From positions 1 through 64,000 of the forward strand of contig CAWBQK010000010.1 in NCBI GenBank assembly GCA_963791045.1: 64,000 nucleotides of DNA. The letters run 5' to 3'. Positions 11,590 to 20,763 of the stretch are shown here, in pieces. The stretch comes from Candidatus Latescibacterota bacterium. Lineage in GTDB: Bacteria > Krumholzibacteriota > Krumholzibacteriia > WVZY01. The translations under genes were made by a program, and so were the position numbers. How positions within the stretch are numbered: position 1 is the first letter of the stretch; the number at the start of each line of letters is the position of its first letter. The notes under the pieces were generated by a model. The model ran no database searches. It saw nothing but the letters and a program-made list of their open reading frames with translations, and had not been told where the DNA came from.

Positions 11590-12502
11590 TCCAGACTACG
11601 TATTGCTGTTCTCGGCCGCCAGCGGGGTCGACCGGATCGTGGCGCTGGACGAAAAGGCCGGGATACGCGGGCTCCGTCAGATCATAGAGTCGCACGGGGG
11701 TACGGACGCAGTCGTGATCGATGCCCACAATACTATGAGGAGCCAACTCCTCGGCAGAGGCCTCGGCGGCGCCGACACGCGGCTCAAGAAGTACTATGCC
11801 GGACGGGTTGGGTTGATACTTTTCAAACGCCCGTGCACCATACCGACGATGGCACGGAGATACAGCGACCTCGGAGAGTCGCTTGGGTTTCCTCCGATGA
11901 CGGCGCGTGTCGGCGGCATCGAGATTCCCCCGTCCGCGCGGAAGTCAGTCGACAAATCGCTGACGAACATTGAGGGAAAACTGGTCTCGATCGCGGCGGG
12001 AAGCCGCTGGCCAACCAAAGAGTGGGGGCTCGACAAATATATTGAACTCACACGGCGGATCATTGATGACCGCGACATCCACGTTCTTCTCCACGGCAAT
12101 ACTGATGAGCGTGAAGACGCGGATGTCATCGCAGGACTGTTCCCCGGCCGTGTAACCAACCTCGCCGGACGGACGGGGATTCTCGAGACCGCGGCGGCCA
12201 TCGAACGGTCGGCGATCTTTGTGGGAAACGATTCGGGGCTGATGCATCTGTCCGAAGCGGTCGGCACGCCGGTTATCGCGCTTTTCGGACCGACAGTCGA
12301 GCAGTTTGGATACTTCCCGTCGCTTCCTGGGAGCAAGGTTGTCGAACGGGCGCTCAACTGTCGCCCCTGTTCACGAAACGGGCAACGCCCGTGCCCGCGC
12401 GGATCGCAGGAATGTCTGACGGGGATAACAACGGACTGGGTTGAAACCGCCGTGCGAGACGCCCTCGGCGCGCGCGGCCCGAGCCGATACATTTACAACT
12501 AA
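11590..12502 (+). CDS. GT9 ADP-heptose:LPS heptosyltransferase (WaaF/WaaC-like), N-terminus missing
   Basis: 'AGSRWPTKEW', 'NLAGRT', 'FVGNDSGLMHLSEAVGTPVIALFGPT' and 'CRPCS...CP...C'. The usual N-terminal 'R.SSxGD' motif is absent. Confidence 0.88.
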
Positions 12503-12517
12503 TTATTGACCATCAAC

Positions 12518-13816
12518 ATGGCCCGACATTCTTTCAAGAAATCTCTTTACAACCGAGTGATACTCCCCGTTCTCTACGGCGGAGTTCGCGCTGTGGCGCC
12601 GTTTCATGCAAAACTGGGAGCTACGGTCGCGGGACGCAAGGACTTCAGAGAGCGCTGGCGCGAGGCCAGAAGCGCGATGCCTGAGAGGCCGGTGTGGTTT
12701 CACGTGGCAAGTGTCGGAGAATATGAACAGGCTCGCCCGCTGATCACCGCCCTCGGGGAAAAGTATCCCGACATCCCCGTCGCGATCAGTGTGACTTCGC
12801 CGTCCGGCTTCGTATACATCAACGATAAGGAAGATCCCAAGGGCCCGGGCAACATTCGGTTTATCGACTATCTGCCCTTCGATCTCGCGTCGAACGCGCG
12901 GTTTTGTCTTGCGGCGCTCGACCCCAGGCTATTAGTTTTCGTCAAATTCGACCTGTGGCCCAATCTGGTTTGGGAAGCCGCCGAACGCAAAACACCAATC
13001 GTCCTTATCGACGCCACTCTGAGCGAAACATCAAAACGGTATTCGGCTATCGGTCAGCATATGTACTCGGCAATCTACGGCGAAATCGAAAAGATACTCG
13101 CGATCTCCGATGATGACGCCGTGCGCTTCAGAGAATCCGTCCCGGACCATCCAGGGATATCGGTCGCCGGAGACACACGCTACGACAGGGTGATGGAGAG
13201 GAAGAAGAACAACCAGGCGAGCAAACCGCGGATCGACAAGCGGGGCCGGCTCACGATCGTCGCGGGCAGCACGTGGCCAAAAGATGAAGTCCATCTTCTC
13301 GATGCACTTGCGCGCCTTGCCAAAGCCGACAAGAACCTGCTCGTCATCATCGCTCCGCACGAGCCGCGCCCCGAACGGGTCACCGAATTGCTCGGATGGG
13401 CGGAATCGAACGGCCTCGAGGCCGCGGCGCTGCGCGCGCATTCCCAGGCGCCGGGAGACGAACAGATCGTCGTGGTGGACTCGGTCGGCGTACTTGCGGA
13501 AATATATGAGTACGGTGACATTGCCTATATCGGCGGAAGTTTTTCCACCGGCGTGCACAGCGTGATAGAACCGGCCATCATGGGAATTCCGGTTTTATTC
13601 GGTCCCATACACAAGAATTCTTTTGAAGCGCTCGAACTCATAAAGGGGGGTGCCGCCATCGAGGTGAACACCGCCTCGGATATGTACGAATCGTTGAAAT
13701 CACTTTTGAACAATGACCCAAAACGAAAGCAACTCGGTCAATACGCTTACGCGTACGTCGAGTCACAACTCGGCGCCACGGACCGGTGCCTGGACGCTAT
13801 CATACCTTATCTTTAA
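12518..13816 (+). CDS. waaA: 3-deoxy-D-manno-octulosonic acid (Kdo) transferase
   Basis: 'VWFHVASVGE', 'YLPFD', 'GDTRYD', 'AGSTW', 'IIAPHEP' and 'AYIGGSF...HSVIEPA..G.PVLFGP'. Confidence 0.92.
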   Translation: MARHSFKKSLYNRVILPVLYGGVRAVAPFHAKLGATVAGRKDFRERWREARSAMPERPVWFHVASVGEYEQARPLITALGEKYPDIPVAISVTSPSGFVYINDKEDPKGPGNIRFIDYLPFDLASNARFCLAALDPRLLVFVKFDLWPNLVWEAAERKTPIVLIDATLSETSKRYSAIGQHMYSAIYGEIEKILAISDDDAVRFRESVPDHPGISVAGDTRYDRVMERKKNNQASKPRIDKRGRLTIVAGSTWPKDEVHLLDALARLAKADKNLLVIIAPHEPRPERVTELLGWAESNGLEAAALRAHSQAPGDEQIVVVDSVGVLAEIYEYGDIAYIGGSFSTGVHSVIEPAIMGIPVLFGPIHKNSFEALELIKGGAAIEVNTASDMYESLKSLLNNDPKRKQLGQYAYAYVESQLGATDRCLDAIIPYL

Positions 13817-13825
13817 CTCTGCGAC

Positions 13826-14731
13826 ATGCCGGGGGCACGTTCCCCGCAAGCGAGACCGGAGAACAACCCAGTGAACAAATTTCCCAATCCTGAATATATT
13901 CAAATTGAGACCAACATCGCCTGCAACGCGAGTTGTCCGTTCTGTCCCCAGAAAACGATGACCCGGAAACCGCACCGCATGGAGGACGCCGTCTGGGCAA
14001 AGATCATTGACGACACACGGGGGCTTGGAATCACCTACCGGCCATTCATGATCAACGAGCCGCTTTCCGACAAGCGAATGGGCGAAATCATGCAGTACAT
14101 CCGCAAGGACGATACGGCCAAAATCGAAATCAACACAAACGGCGAGCTCATGACGGAGGAAATGGCCAACAGCATCCTCGACGCCGGAATCGACGCCATC
14201 CGTTTCTCGATTGACGGTTTCTCGGAGGAGACTTTTTCTCAGTCCCGTGTCGGTGTCGACTATCAAACGACCGTCGAGAGAACGCTCAAGTTCATCAAGC
14301 TGGCAAAAAAGCGGGGTGGAGCGCGGAGAATCGAGATTCGAATGATCGAACAGGACATCAACCGCCACGAGCGCGAGGCCTACAAACGGTTCTGGACCGA
14401 CGCCGGAGCGATCCCTTTGATTACGTCGCTTTACCGCTGGCCATGGGAACCCGGAGTGGAAGGCGTCAACGTGCCCTGCGTCAAAGTGCTCAAAGAGATG
14501 TTTTTCTATGTCAACGGCAAGGCGACGCTGTGTTGCTGGGATGCGCACGAGAGGGCCGTCATCGGCGATGTAACAGAAGACCACGTACTCGACATCTGGA
14601 ATGGCGCGATCAACCGCGAGTATCGAGGATATCTCGCCGAAGGCAAACGCGACCAGATTCTTCTCTGTTCAAAATGCGAGGCCTACAAAGACCGTCAGTT
14701 CGAAGGGTTCACTCCCCCATCCCAGTCATAG
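13826..14731 (+). CDS. Radical SAM protein with SPASM/twitch domain
   Basis: CxxxCxxC 'CNASCPFC', 'NEPL', 'NTNG', and C-terminal 'C...CCWD...IW...CSKC'. The real start may be GTG 13871. Confidence 0.88.
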   Translation: MPGARSPQARPENNPVNKFPNPEYIQIETNIACNASCPFCPQKTMTRKPHRMEDAVWAKIIDDTRGLGITYRPFMINEPLSDKRMGEIMQYIRKDDTAKIEINTNGELMTEEMANSILDAGIDAIRFSIDGFSEETFSQSRVGVDYQTTVERTLKFIKLAKKRGGARRIEIRMIEQDINRHEREAYKRFWTDAGAIPLITSLYRWPWEPGVEGVNVPCVKVLKEMFFYVNGKATLCCWDAHERAVIGDVTEDHVLDIWNGAINREYRGYLAEGKRDQILLCSKCEAYKDRQFEGFTPPSQS

Positions 14732-15303
14732 CTCCCCTCACGGAGAACGACGGGAGAAGCGCCGGTGAAATCAATAAGTGTCGACGGCGCGCCCACCGAC
14801 GGCGACACTCCGGTGACAATCAGATCGACCACCCCGCCGAACTGTTTTTCGATCTCAACGATATCATCAAGCGGGGACTCCCCCGCCGCGTTGACGCTCG
14901 TCGACGCGATGGGCTCCCCCACGATTTCGATGGCACGCACCAATAGCTCAAGCGCGGGAATACGAAACGCGATCGTCTCGCCCACCCACTCAGGGCAGCT
15001 CCCACCCGAACGAAATATCGCCGTCATCGGCGCCGGCCAGATCTTCGCGAATTGGTCGCGAGAACCGCACCCCCATGACTCGATGTATCGTTCGATCATC
15101 GAGGTCGAACTTGCAAGGTACAGATAGTTTCGCCCTGCGCCGGAGCGCTTCAACGCGCGAATTCGATCGTGCCCTTTTGCGCTGGAGAGAAGTGTGCTGA
15201 ATCCGTAGAGTGTGTCCGTTGGCAGAACGACAACGCCGTCAGAGGCGAGGGACTCTTTTATGATGTCGGCGGCGCGGAGCCCGTCGCCTCGAATTGATTT
15301 CAT
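14695..15303 (-). CDS. tsaC: L-threonylcarbamoyladenylate synthase (YrdC/Sua5)
   Basis: 'VVVLPTDTLYG', 'LKR', 'FRIP', 'STSVN' and 'PSTLID'. Confidence 0.88.
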   Translation of the reverse strand: MKSIRGDGLRAADIIKESLASDGVVVLPTDTLYGFSTLLSSAKGHDRIRALKRSGAGRNYLYLASSTSMIERYIESWGCGSRDQFAKIWPAPMTAIFRSGGSCPEWVGETIAFRIPALELLVRAIEIVGEPIASTSVNAAGESPLDDIVEIEKQFGGVVDLIVTGVSPSVGAPSTLIDFTGASPVVLREGSYDWDGGVNPSN

Positions 15304-15326
15304 ATCATCTCCACCGGCGATCCGGA

Positions 15327-15788
15327 CTATTTGAATCCCTCGCGGTAAGCGTGGAGTTTTTTGAGGAGCGCATCGTCTGAAAGCGCGAGCATTTCCGCTG
15401 CAAGAACCGCAGCGTTCTTGGGGCCGTGCGATCCGACACCCACCGTGGCCACGGGTATTCCGCCGGGCATCTGCACTATCGACAGCAACGCGTCGATCCC
15501 CTTGAGCGGCCCGCCGGGAACGGGTATGCCAATTACCGGCTTGAGAGTGTGCGCGGCAATAACGCCGGGGAGCGCCGCGGCCAGACCCGCCGCCGCGATA
15601 AACACCCGGATACCTTTTGCATCCGCCGAAGTGATGTACTCACGGAGTTCGTCGGGCTGCCGGTGCGCCGACAACGCCCGCATTTCCCACGGAATTCCCA
15701 GTTCGTCGAGAATCTTGAACGCGGGTTCGAGGTGCCCTTCATCGCTCTTGCTACCCATTACAACCGAAACAACAGCATCGCTTGCCAT
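15327..15788 (-). CDS. purE: N5-CAIR mutase
   Basis: 'VMGSKSD', 'SAHR', 'AGLAAALPG' and 'SIVQMPGGIPVATV'. Confidence 0.96.
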   Translation of the reverse strand: MASDAVVSVVMGSKSDEGHLEPAFKILDELGIPWEMRALSAHRQPDELREYITSADAKGIRVFIAAAGLAAALPGVIAAHTLKPVIGIPVPGGPLKGIDALLSIVQMPGGIPVATVGVGSHGPKNAAVLAAEMLALSDDALLKKLHAYREGFK

Positions 15789-15825
15789 GCCTTTTTACCT
15801 CTCTTAAAAATCGCGACTGGACCGC

Positions 15826-17088
15826 CTAAAGCGCCCGGCGGCCGATGTCTTTTCGCCAGAATGCTCCATCAAACTTGATCTTGTCAATTCCCTGGTACGC
15901 GTGGCCGAGCGCGTCCGACAGATCGCCGCCCCAGGCGGTCACCGCGAGAACACGGCCGCCCGTAGTGACAAAACCCGCCCCTTCAGCCGCTGTGCCCGCA
16001 TGAAATACGACCCGGCTTGGATCATCAACCTCGTCGAGTCCCTCGATTTCGAAGCCCTTGTCGTACGAGCCGGGATAACCCCGCGACGCGACAACCACGG
16101 CGGCGGCCCGCCGGTCCGGGTAAAACTCGACATTGGGGGAGAGATTTCCGCCTGCCGATTCGTACAGTATCGTGAAGAGGTCGCTCTTTATCAGCGGCAG
16201 AAGAACCTGTGTTTCCGGATCGCCGAAGCGAACGTTGTACTCGAGCACCTTGGGCCCGTCGCTCGTCACCATTAGCCCCGCATAGAGAACTCCGTCAAAC
16301 GGATTTCCTTCCGATCCCATCCCGTTTACCGTCGGCATGATGACTCTGTCAAAAACATACTTCCTGAATTCATCGTCCACGAACGGAACGGGGGCGTAAG
16401 CGCCCATCCCGCCCGTGTTGGGTCCTTTGTCATCGTCAAATATCCTTTTGTGATCCTGCGATGAAGGAAGCAACACCGCTTTGCCGCCGCCACAGATCGC
16501 ATGAACCGACACCTCCTGGCCTTCGAGACACGATTCGATCACCACGCGTTTTCCCGCGTCGCCGAATTGCCGGTTCACCATGATGTCGTCGATCGCCTGG
16601 ATGGCCTTCTCGACGGTTGGTGCAACAATGGCGCCCTTGCCCGCGGCAAGTCCGTCCGCCTTGACGACGATCGGAGCCCCACGCTCGCGGATCTTCGCCT
16701 TCGCCTCATCCGCATCATCACAAACAATAAAATCAGCGGTAGGAATCCCGTGCCGTGCCATGAACTCCTTGGAAAACACCTTGCTGCCCTCGAGCTGCGC
16801 AGCTCCGCGGGTCGGGCCAAAACATCGCCGTCCCGCCTCCTTGAAACGATCGACAATACCATCAACCAGCGGAGCCTCGGGCCCGACAACCGTCAAATCA
16901 ATCTCTCTCTCGACCGCAAACTTCGTCAACGCGTCGATGTCCCCCACCGGAATGGCGACGTTTTCGGCTATCCTCGACGTACCACCGTTGCCCGTGGCGA
17001 CAAAGAGCTCATCGACGCCGGGGGATTTCTCCAGCGCCCAGGCCAGGGCATGCTCACGGCCGCCGCTTCCAACGATCAATACCCTCAC
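15826..17088 (-). CDS. purD: Phosphoribosylamine--glycine ligase
   Basis: 'GSGGREHAL', 'VVGPEAPL', 'KADGLAAGKG', 'QDHKR', 'GPNTGGMGAY' and 'EYNVRFGDPE'. Confidence 0.97.
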   Translation of the reverse strand: MRVLIVGSGGREHALAWALEKSPGVDELFVATGNGGTSRIAENVAIPVGDIDALTKFAVEREIDLTVVGPEAPLVDGIVDRFKEAGRRCFGPTRGAAQLEGSKVFSKEFMARHGIPTADFIVCDDADEAKAKIRERGAPIVVKADGLAAGKGAIVAPTVEKAIQAIDDIMVNRQFGDAGKRVVIESCLEGQEVSVHAICGGGKAVLLPSSQDHKRIFDDDKGPNTGGMGAYAPVPFVDDEFRKYVFDRVIMPTVNGMGSEGNPFDGVLYAGLMVTSDGPKVLEYNVRFGDPETQVLLPLIKSDLFTILYESAGGNLSPNVEFYPDRRAAAVVVASRGYPGSYDKGFEIEGLDEVDDPSRVVFHAGTAAEGAGFVTTGGRVLAVTAWGGDLSDALGHAYQGIDKIKFDGAFWRKDIGRRAL

Positions 17089-18371
17089 TATAAACCTCCT
17101 GAACTCAAACGCGGCAGCAGACTGTTTCCGTTTGTTATCACCGCGATCTTTTTGGCATTGTGTTTTTCAAGAGCCTCGGCAAGAAATGTCTCGGCATTTA
17201 CGCACGGTTTGATTCCACAGGAGAGAAGAACATCGACATTCATGTCGGAAACCATCCCTACATCGAACTGTTCGGTGAGTTCGTACAGCGACACCGCCGT
17301 CTGATTGTTGAGATCGTATTTCTTGTACGCCTGTCGCAGGTACTTGGACTTGTCCATCGCTAGCGCCGCGCCGAGGCTTTCCGAACCCATCCCCTCCCCA
17401 CACTCGGCAAAGTAGAGAACCGTCCCTCCCTCTCTGAGCGCACCCGCCGTGTTTCTGAGCGGTTTGTGACTCTGGAGGAAATTCATGTCGTAGGGATAAC
17501 CACCGGCGCTCAAAACGACCACGTCGTAGGTATCCAGGACCGGATACTCATGAATCTCGGCGAACCTTTTGCACGCGGCCGAGTGGGATCGTATCGGGTC
17601 TCCGGCGTTCAAGAACTGGAGGCTGCCGTCGGAATCCGCAAAAAAGTTGATCGCGAAAATTCGCTTGAGGGCCTCGAGCGTCTCGATCATGTCTTCATGA
17701 ACCGGATTGCCTTCGAGAACGCCGGGCCTGCAGCTCGGATGGAGCCTCGCCGGCCGTTCGTCGACAAGGCTCAGGCGGTGGTTCGCCAGGATCGCCGGTC
17801 GGTCCGCGCACCCGGGAAGAATCAGTTTGCGGCCGCCGCCAAACCCGGCAAAATAATGATAAGACACCGGGGCAAGTATGATGACGAGCCCCGCGTCTTT
17901 GAGCGAGAGGTTCACGCGAACCGGCGTCCCGCGATGTGTCAGGAGAAGGGCGGAAAGCCTCTCGGAATCATCACAGTCGTGTTCCTCGAAGGTCACTCCC
18001 GCAATCGCTCCCTTCTTAAAGAAATCTTTTTCCGCTTTCGAGAGTTTCCTGTGCGTGCCCCTCGCGACAACAATCTTAATCGAGATGGGATCGATCCCCA
18101 ATTTCTTGAGATGCTCGACACAGAGGGGTAGAACTTCCTCGGCGCCCTTGCTGCGGGTCAGATCGGACACGAGGATGACAACATTCCCGCCCGCCTTGAC
18201 CATCTCGTCGAGCGTCGAGCCTCCGACGGGCTCCCTGCAGGCGCTTAAGAACGCTTGCGAAACGTCACCGATCGGAGCCTCGTCCACTGGCGTGAGAAAG
18301 TCGACGTCTATTTCCGGAGGCATATGGAGCGTCTTTGTTTGCTGACCGTATGGGAGTTTAATTTCCGTCAT
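17088..18371 (-). CDS. larA: Nickel-pincer-dependent LarA-superfamily racemase/epimerase
   Basis: 'SDLTR', 'GTHR', 'HDCD', 'HYFAGFGGGRK', 'NH', 'GNPVHEDM', 'GGYPYD..QSHK' and 'AECGEG'. Substrate unknown. Confidence 0.85.
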   Translation of the reverse strand: MTEIKLPYGQQTKTLHMPPEIDVDFLTPVDEAPIGDVSQAFLSACREPVGGSTLDEMVKAGGNVVILVSDLTRSKGAEEVLPLCVEHLKKLGIDPISIKIVVARGTHRKLSKAEKDFFKKGAIAGVTFEEHDCDDSERLSALLLTHRGTPVRVNLSLKDAGLVIILAPVSYHYFAGFGGGRKLILPGCADRPAILANHRLSLVDERPARLHPSCRPGVLEGNPVHEDMIETLEALKRIFAINFFADSDGSLQFLNAGDPIRSHSAACKRFAEIHEYPVLDTYDVVVLSAGGYPYDMNFLQSHKPLRNTAGALREGGTVLYFAECGEGMGSESLGAALAMDKSKYLRQAYKKYDLNNQTAVSLYELTEQFDVGMVSDMNVDVLLSCGIKPCVNAETFLAEALEKHNAKKIAVITNGNSLLPRLSSGGL

Positions 18372-19314
18372 CGAGCACCCGTCGAATAGTGGTTCCCGCT
18401 TCGCCCCTCACCGCGGCAAGAAGATCTCCGGGTTGTGTAATAATCACGCTTTCGCCGCCGTATTCGAGAAACTCGATCGACGCCCTGATCTTCGATCCCA
18501 TGCTTCCCGCGGGAAACTGCCCGTCCGCAAAATGAGATTTTATTTCTTCGAGAGTGACGAGACCGAGTGGTTTCTGCGTCGGCTTCCCGTAATCAACATA
18601 GACCGCGTCGACATCGGTAATAATAATCAGTCTCTCGGCTTCGAGATGACGGGCGAGAAGGGACGACGCCAGATCCTTGTCTATGACGGCCTCAATACCC
18701 CGGTAATGATTGTCCTCGAATACAACCGGAATCCCGCCACCACCCACGGTAATGGCAATCGTCCCGTCACGAATGAGACTTTTGATCACCTCGATTTCGA
18801 GGATTCTCATCGGATAAGGACTGGGGACCACCCTGCGGTATCCCTGCTTCTTGTCTTTGACAATATTCCAGCCGCGTTCGTTGCGAAGCTGCACCGCCTG
18901 CGACTCGGAATAATAGGGTCCGATGGGTTTCACCGGTTTCTGGAAAGCCGGATCGTTAACATCGACAAGGACTTGCGTGATTATCGAAACCACTTCGCTT
19001 TCGTTTCCTCGCTCAACGAGCACGTTTCGCAGGGATTGCTGTATCATATAACCGATTCCACCTTGGGAATCCGCACCACACACATCCAGCGGCATCGGCG
19101 GAATAGAATCTTTCATCGCCTCGTTCCTGACAACGATATTGCCGACAATGGGGCCGTTGCCATGCGTAAGCACGACGTGTCTTCCATCCGATACGAGACC
19201 CTCGATCTCGAGCATCGCCGTCCGCGTGATCGCGACTTGCTCCTGTATCGTCCCTGTCTTGCCGACGGGAAGGATCGCGTTGCCGCCGAGTGCTATAATA
19301 TCAATTGCGCTCAT
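18358..19314 (-). CDS. arcC: Carbamate kinase
   Basis: 'ALGGNA', 'THGNGP', 'KPIGP', 'RRVVPSP', 'GGGGIPV', 'EAVIDKD' and 'GSMGSK'. Confidence 0.93.
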   Translation of the reverse strand: MSAIDIIALGGNAILPVGKTGTIQEQVAITRTAMLEIEGLVSDGRHVVLTHGNGPIVGNIVVRNEAMKDSIPPMPLDVCGADSQGGIGYMIQQSLRNVLVERGNESEVVSIITQVLVDVNDPAFQKPVKPIGPYYSESQAVQLRNERGWNIVKDKKQGYRRVVPSPYPMRILEIEVIKSLIRDGTIAITVGGGGIPVVFEDNHYRGIEAVIDKDLASSLLARHLEAERLIIITDVDAVYVDYGKPTQKPLGLVTLEEIKSHFADGQFPAGSMGSKIRASIEFLEYGGESVIITQPGDLLAAVRGEAGTTIRRVLDDGN

Positions 19315-19358
19315 CGCCTGACCTGCTCCTTGTTTCAATTCTCCGTCCCCACACCCCA

Positions 19359-20531
19359 TCAAATATTCTCGAGCGCGTGCTCCATACTCTCGAGGGCCGC
19401 GCGAATGTTCTCGCGCGAGTTCGCGTACGACAACCGAATAAAACCTTCTCCATACTCACCGAACGACGGACCCGCAACCACCGCAACACCGGCCTTATCC
19501 ATCAGGAAACTCTGCATTTCTCCCGATGTCATTCCCGTTTCGGTGATATTCGGGAAAACATAGAACGCACCCGCCGGCTTGTGACATCTGAAACCGGGCA
19601 GCTTGTTGAGTCCATCGACGAGCAAGTCCCTGCGCGCCTCGAATTCGGCGACCATCTGATCGACGCTATCCTGCGGTCCGGTCAAAGCCTCCAAACCGGC
19701 CCTCTGCACAAAACCGCACGTGCAGCTGTTCGCGTTGGAAAACAAACGCGACACGACGGGCGTGAATTCTCGCGGCATTACCGCATAGCCAAGCCGCCAC
19801 CCCGTCATGGCATAGGTTTTCGAGAACCCGTCGACGAGAATCGTCCTTTCCGCGGCGCCGGGGATCGCGTAAAAGCTCGGAACCGTTGAATCGTAGATAA
19901 TGCGCGAATAGATCTCGTCCGAAATGACGTAGAAATCATGTTTTACGGCGAGTTCGGCAACAGCCTCGAGCACGTCGGCGCCCAACACTCCACCCGTCGG
20001 ATTCTGCGGGGAATTCAAAATACAGACTTTGGTCTTGTCCGATACGAGCGACGCGAACCGGTCGGCGTCGATTGAGAACCCGGTATCCTCTTCAAGAGGC
20101 ATCGGCACACCCACACCGCCGAGAACGTCGATGGTCTCCTTGTACGCGGGAAACCCGGGATTGGGGTAGACAACCTCATCGCCGGGATCGACCAGAGCGG
20201 CCAGCGAGAAAAACAATGCGGGCTTGGCCCCCGACATGACAACAACCTGGTCCCGCCCCACCGGAACCCCACGTGTGCGGGCAACAAATTCCGCGACGGC
20301 GTCCCGAACCTCGGGCAGCCCCGCGGACGGTCCGTAATGGGTGTAACCATCCTTCAGCGCACGAATACCCGCCTCGACAATATTGACGGGAGTGTCAAAA
20401 TCCGGTTCGCCAATTTCCATGTGAATTATCTTGCGGCCCTCAGCTTCGAGAGCCTTCGCGCGGGCGAGTATTTCCAGTATCGATACCGTTTCCGGCAATT
20501 GCGCCCGCGCCGCGAAAATATTCTTGTTCAA
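19359..20531 (-). CDS. PLP-dependent aminotransferase class I/II (aspartate aminotransferase-like)
   Basis: 'GEPDF', 'NSPQNPTG', 'SDEIY' and 'GFSKTYAMTGWRLGY'. GGAGG precedes TTG 20531. Confidence 0.92.
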   Translation of the reverse strand: MNKNIFAARAQLPETVSILEILARAKALEAEGRKIIHMEIGEPDFDTPVNIVEAGIRALKDGYTHYGPSAGLPEVRDAVAEFVARTRGVPVGRDQVVVMSGAKPALFFSLAALVDPGDEVVYPNPGFPAYKETIDVLGGVGVPMPLEEDTGFSIDADRFASLVSDKTKVCILNSPQNPTGGVLGADVLEAVAELAVKHDFYVISDEIYSRIIYDSTVPSFYAIPGAAERTILVDGFSKTYAMTGWRLGYAVMPREFTPVVSRLFSNANSCTCGFVQRAGLEALTGPQDSVDQMVAEFEARRDLLVDGLNKLPGFRCHKPAGAFYVFPNITETGMTSGEMQSFLMDKAGVAVVAGPSFGEYGEGFIRLSYANSRENIRAALESMEHALENI

Positions 20532-20668
20532 CGTCCCATCCTCCATCAAAACAAAAATGTCCCAGGGGTTCCGTACACCCCCCGTTGCCCATGACCACCC
20601 ACCCGATACCGGTTCAACCGGAGCCGGCCGCCGGCCCGATGATACTCAGTTTGGGAAGGTATGTCGCG

Positions 20669-20697
20669 AGCGTAACAACAACAAACGCGTTTGTCAA
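20669..20697 (-). promoter_or_regulatory. sigma70-type promoter of the aminotransferase-arcC-larA-purD-purE-tsaC operon
   Basis: TTGACA-N17-TACGCT with an extended TG. Confidence 0.65.
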
Positions 20698-20763
20698 ATT
20701 CCCTGTTTATAGCGGGTTTCCGCATCGGCGCCCATCGTCGCAGGCTCGCCGCCCACCCCGCGA

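Noticed and set aside
20535-20662. ZTP, ykkC/PRPP riboswitch, SRP RNA or 6S RNA
   Set aside because: Only short partial matches (CCTGGG; GGGTTCCG on the wrong strand). Core consensus elements are missing.
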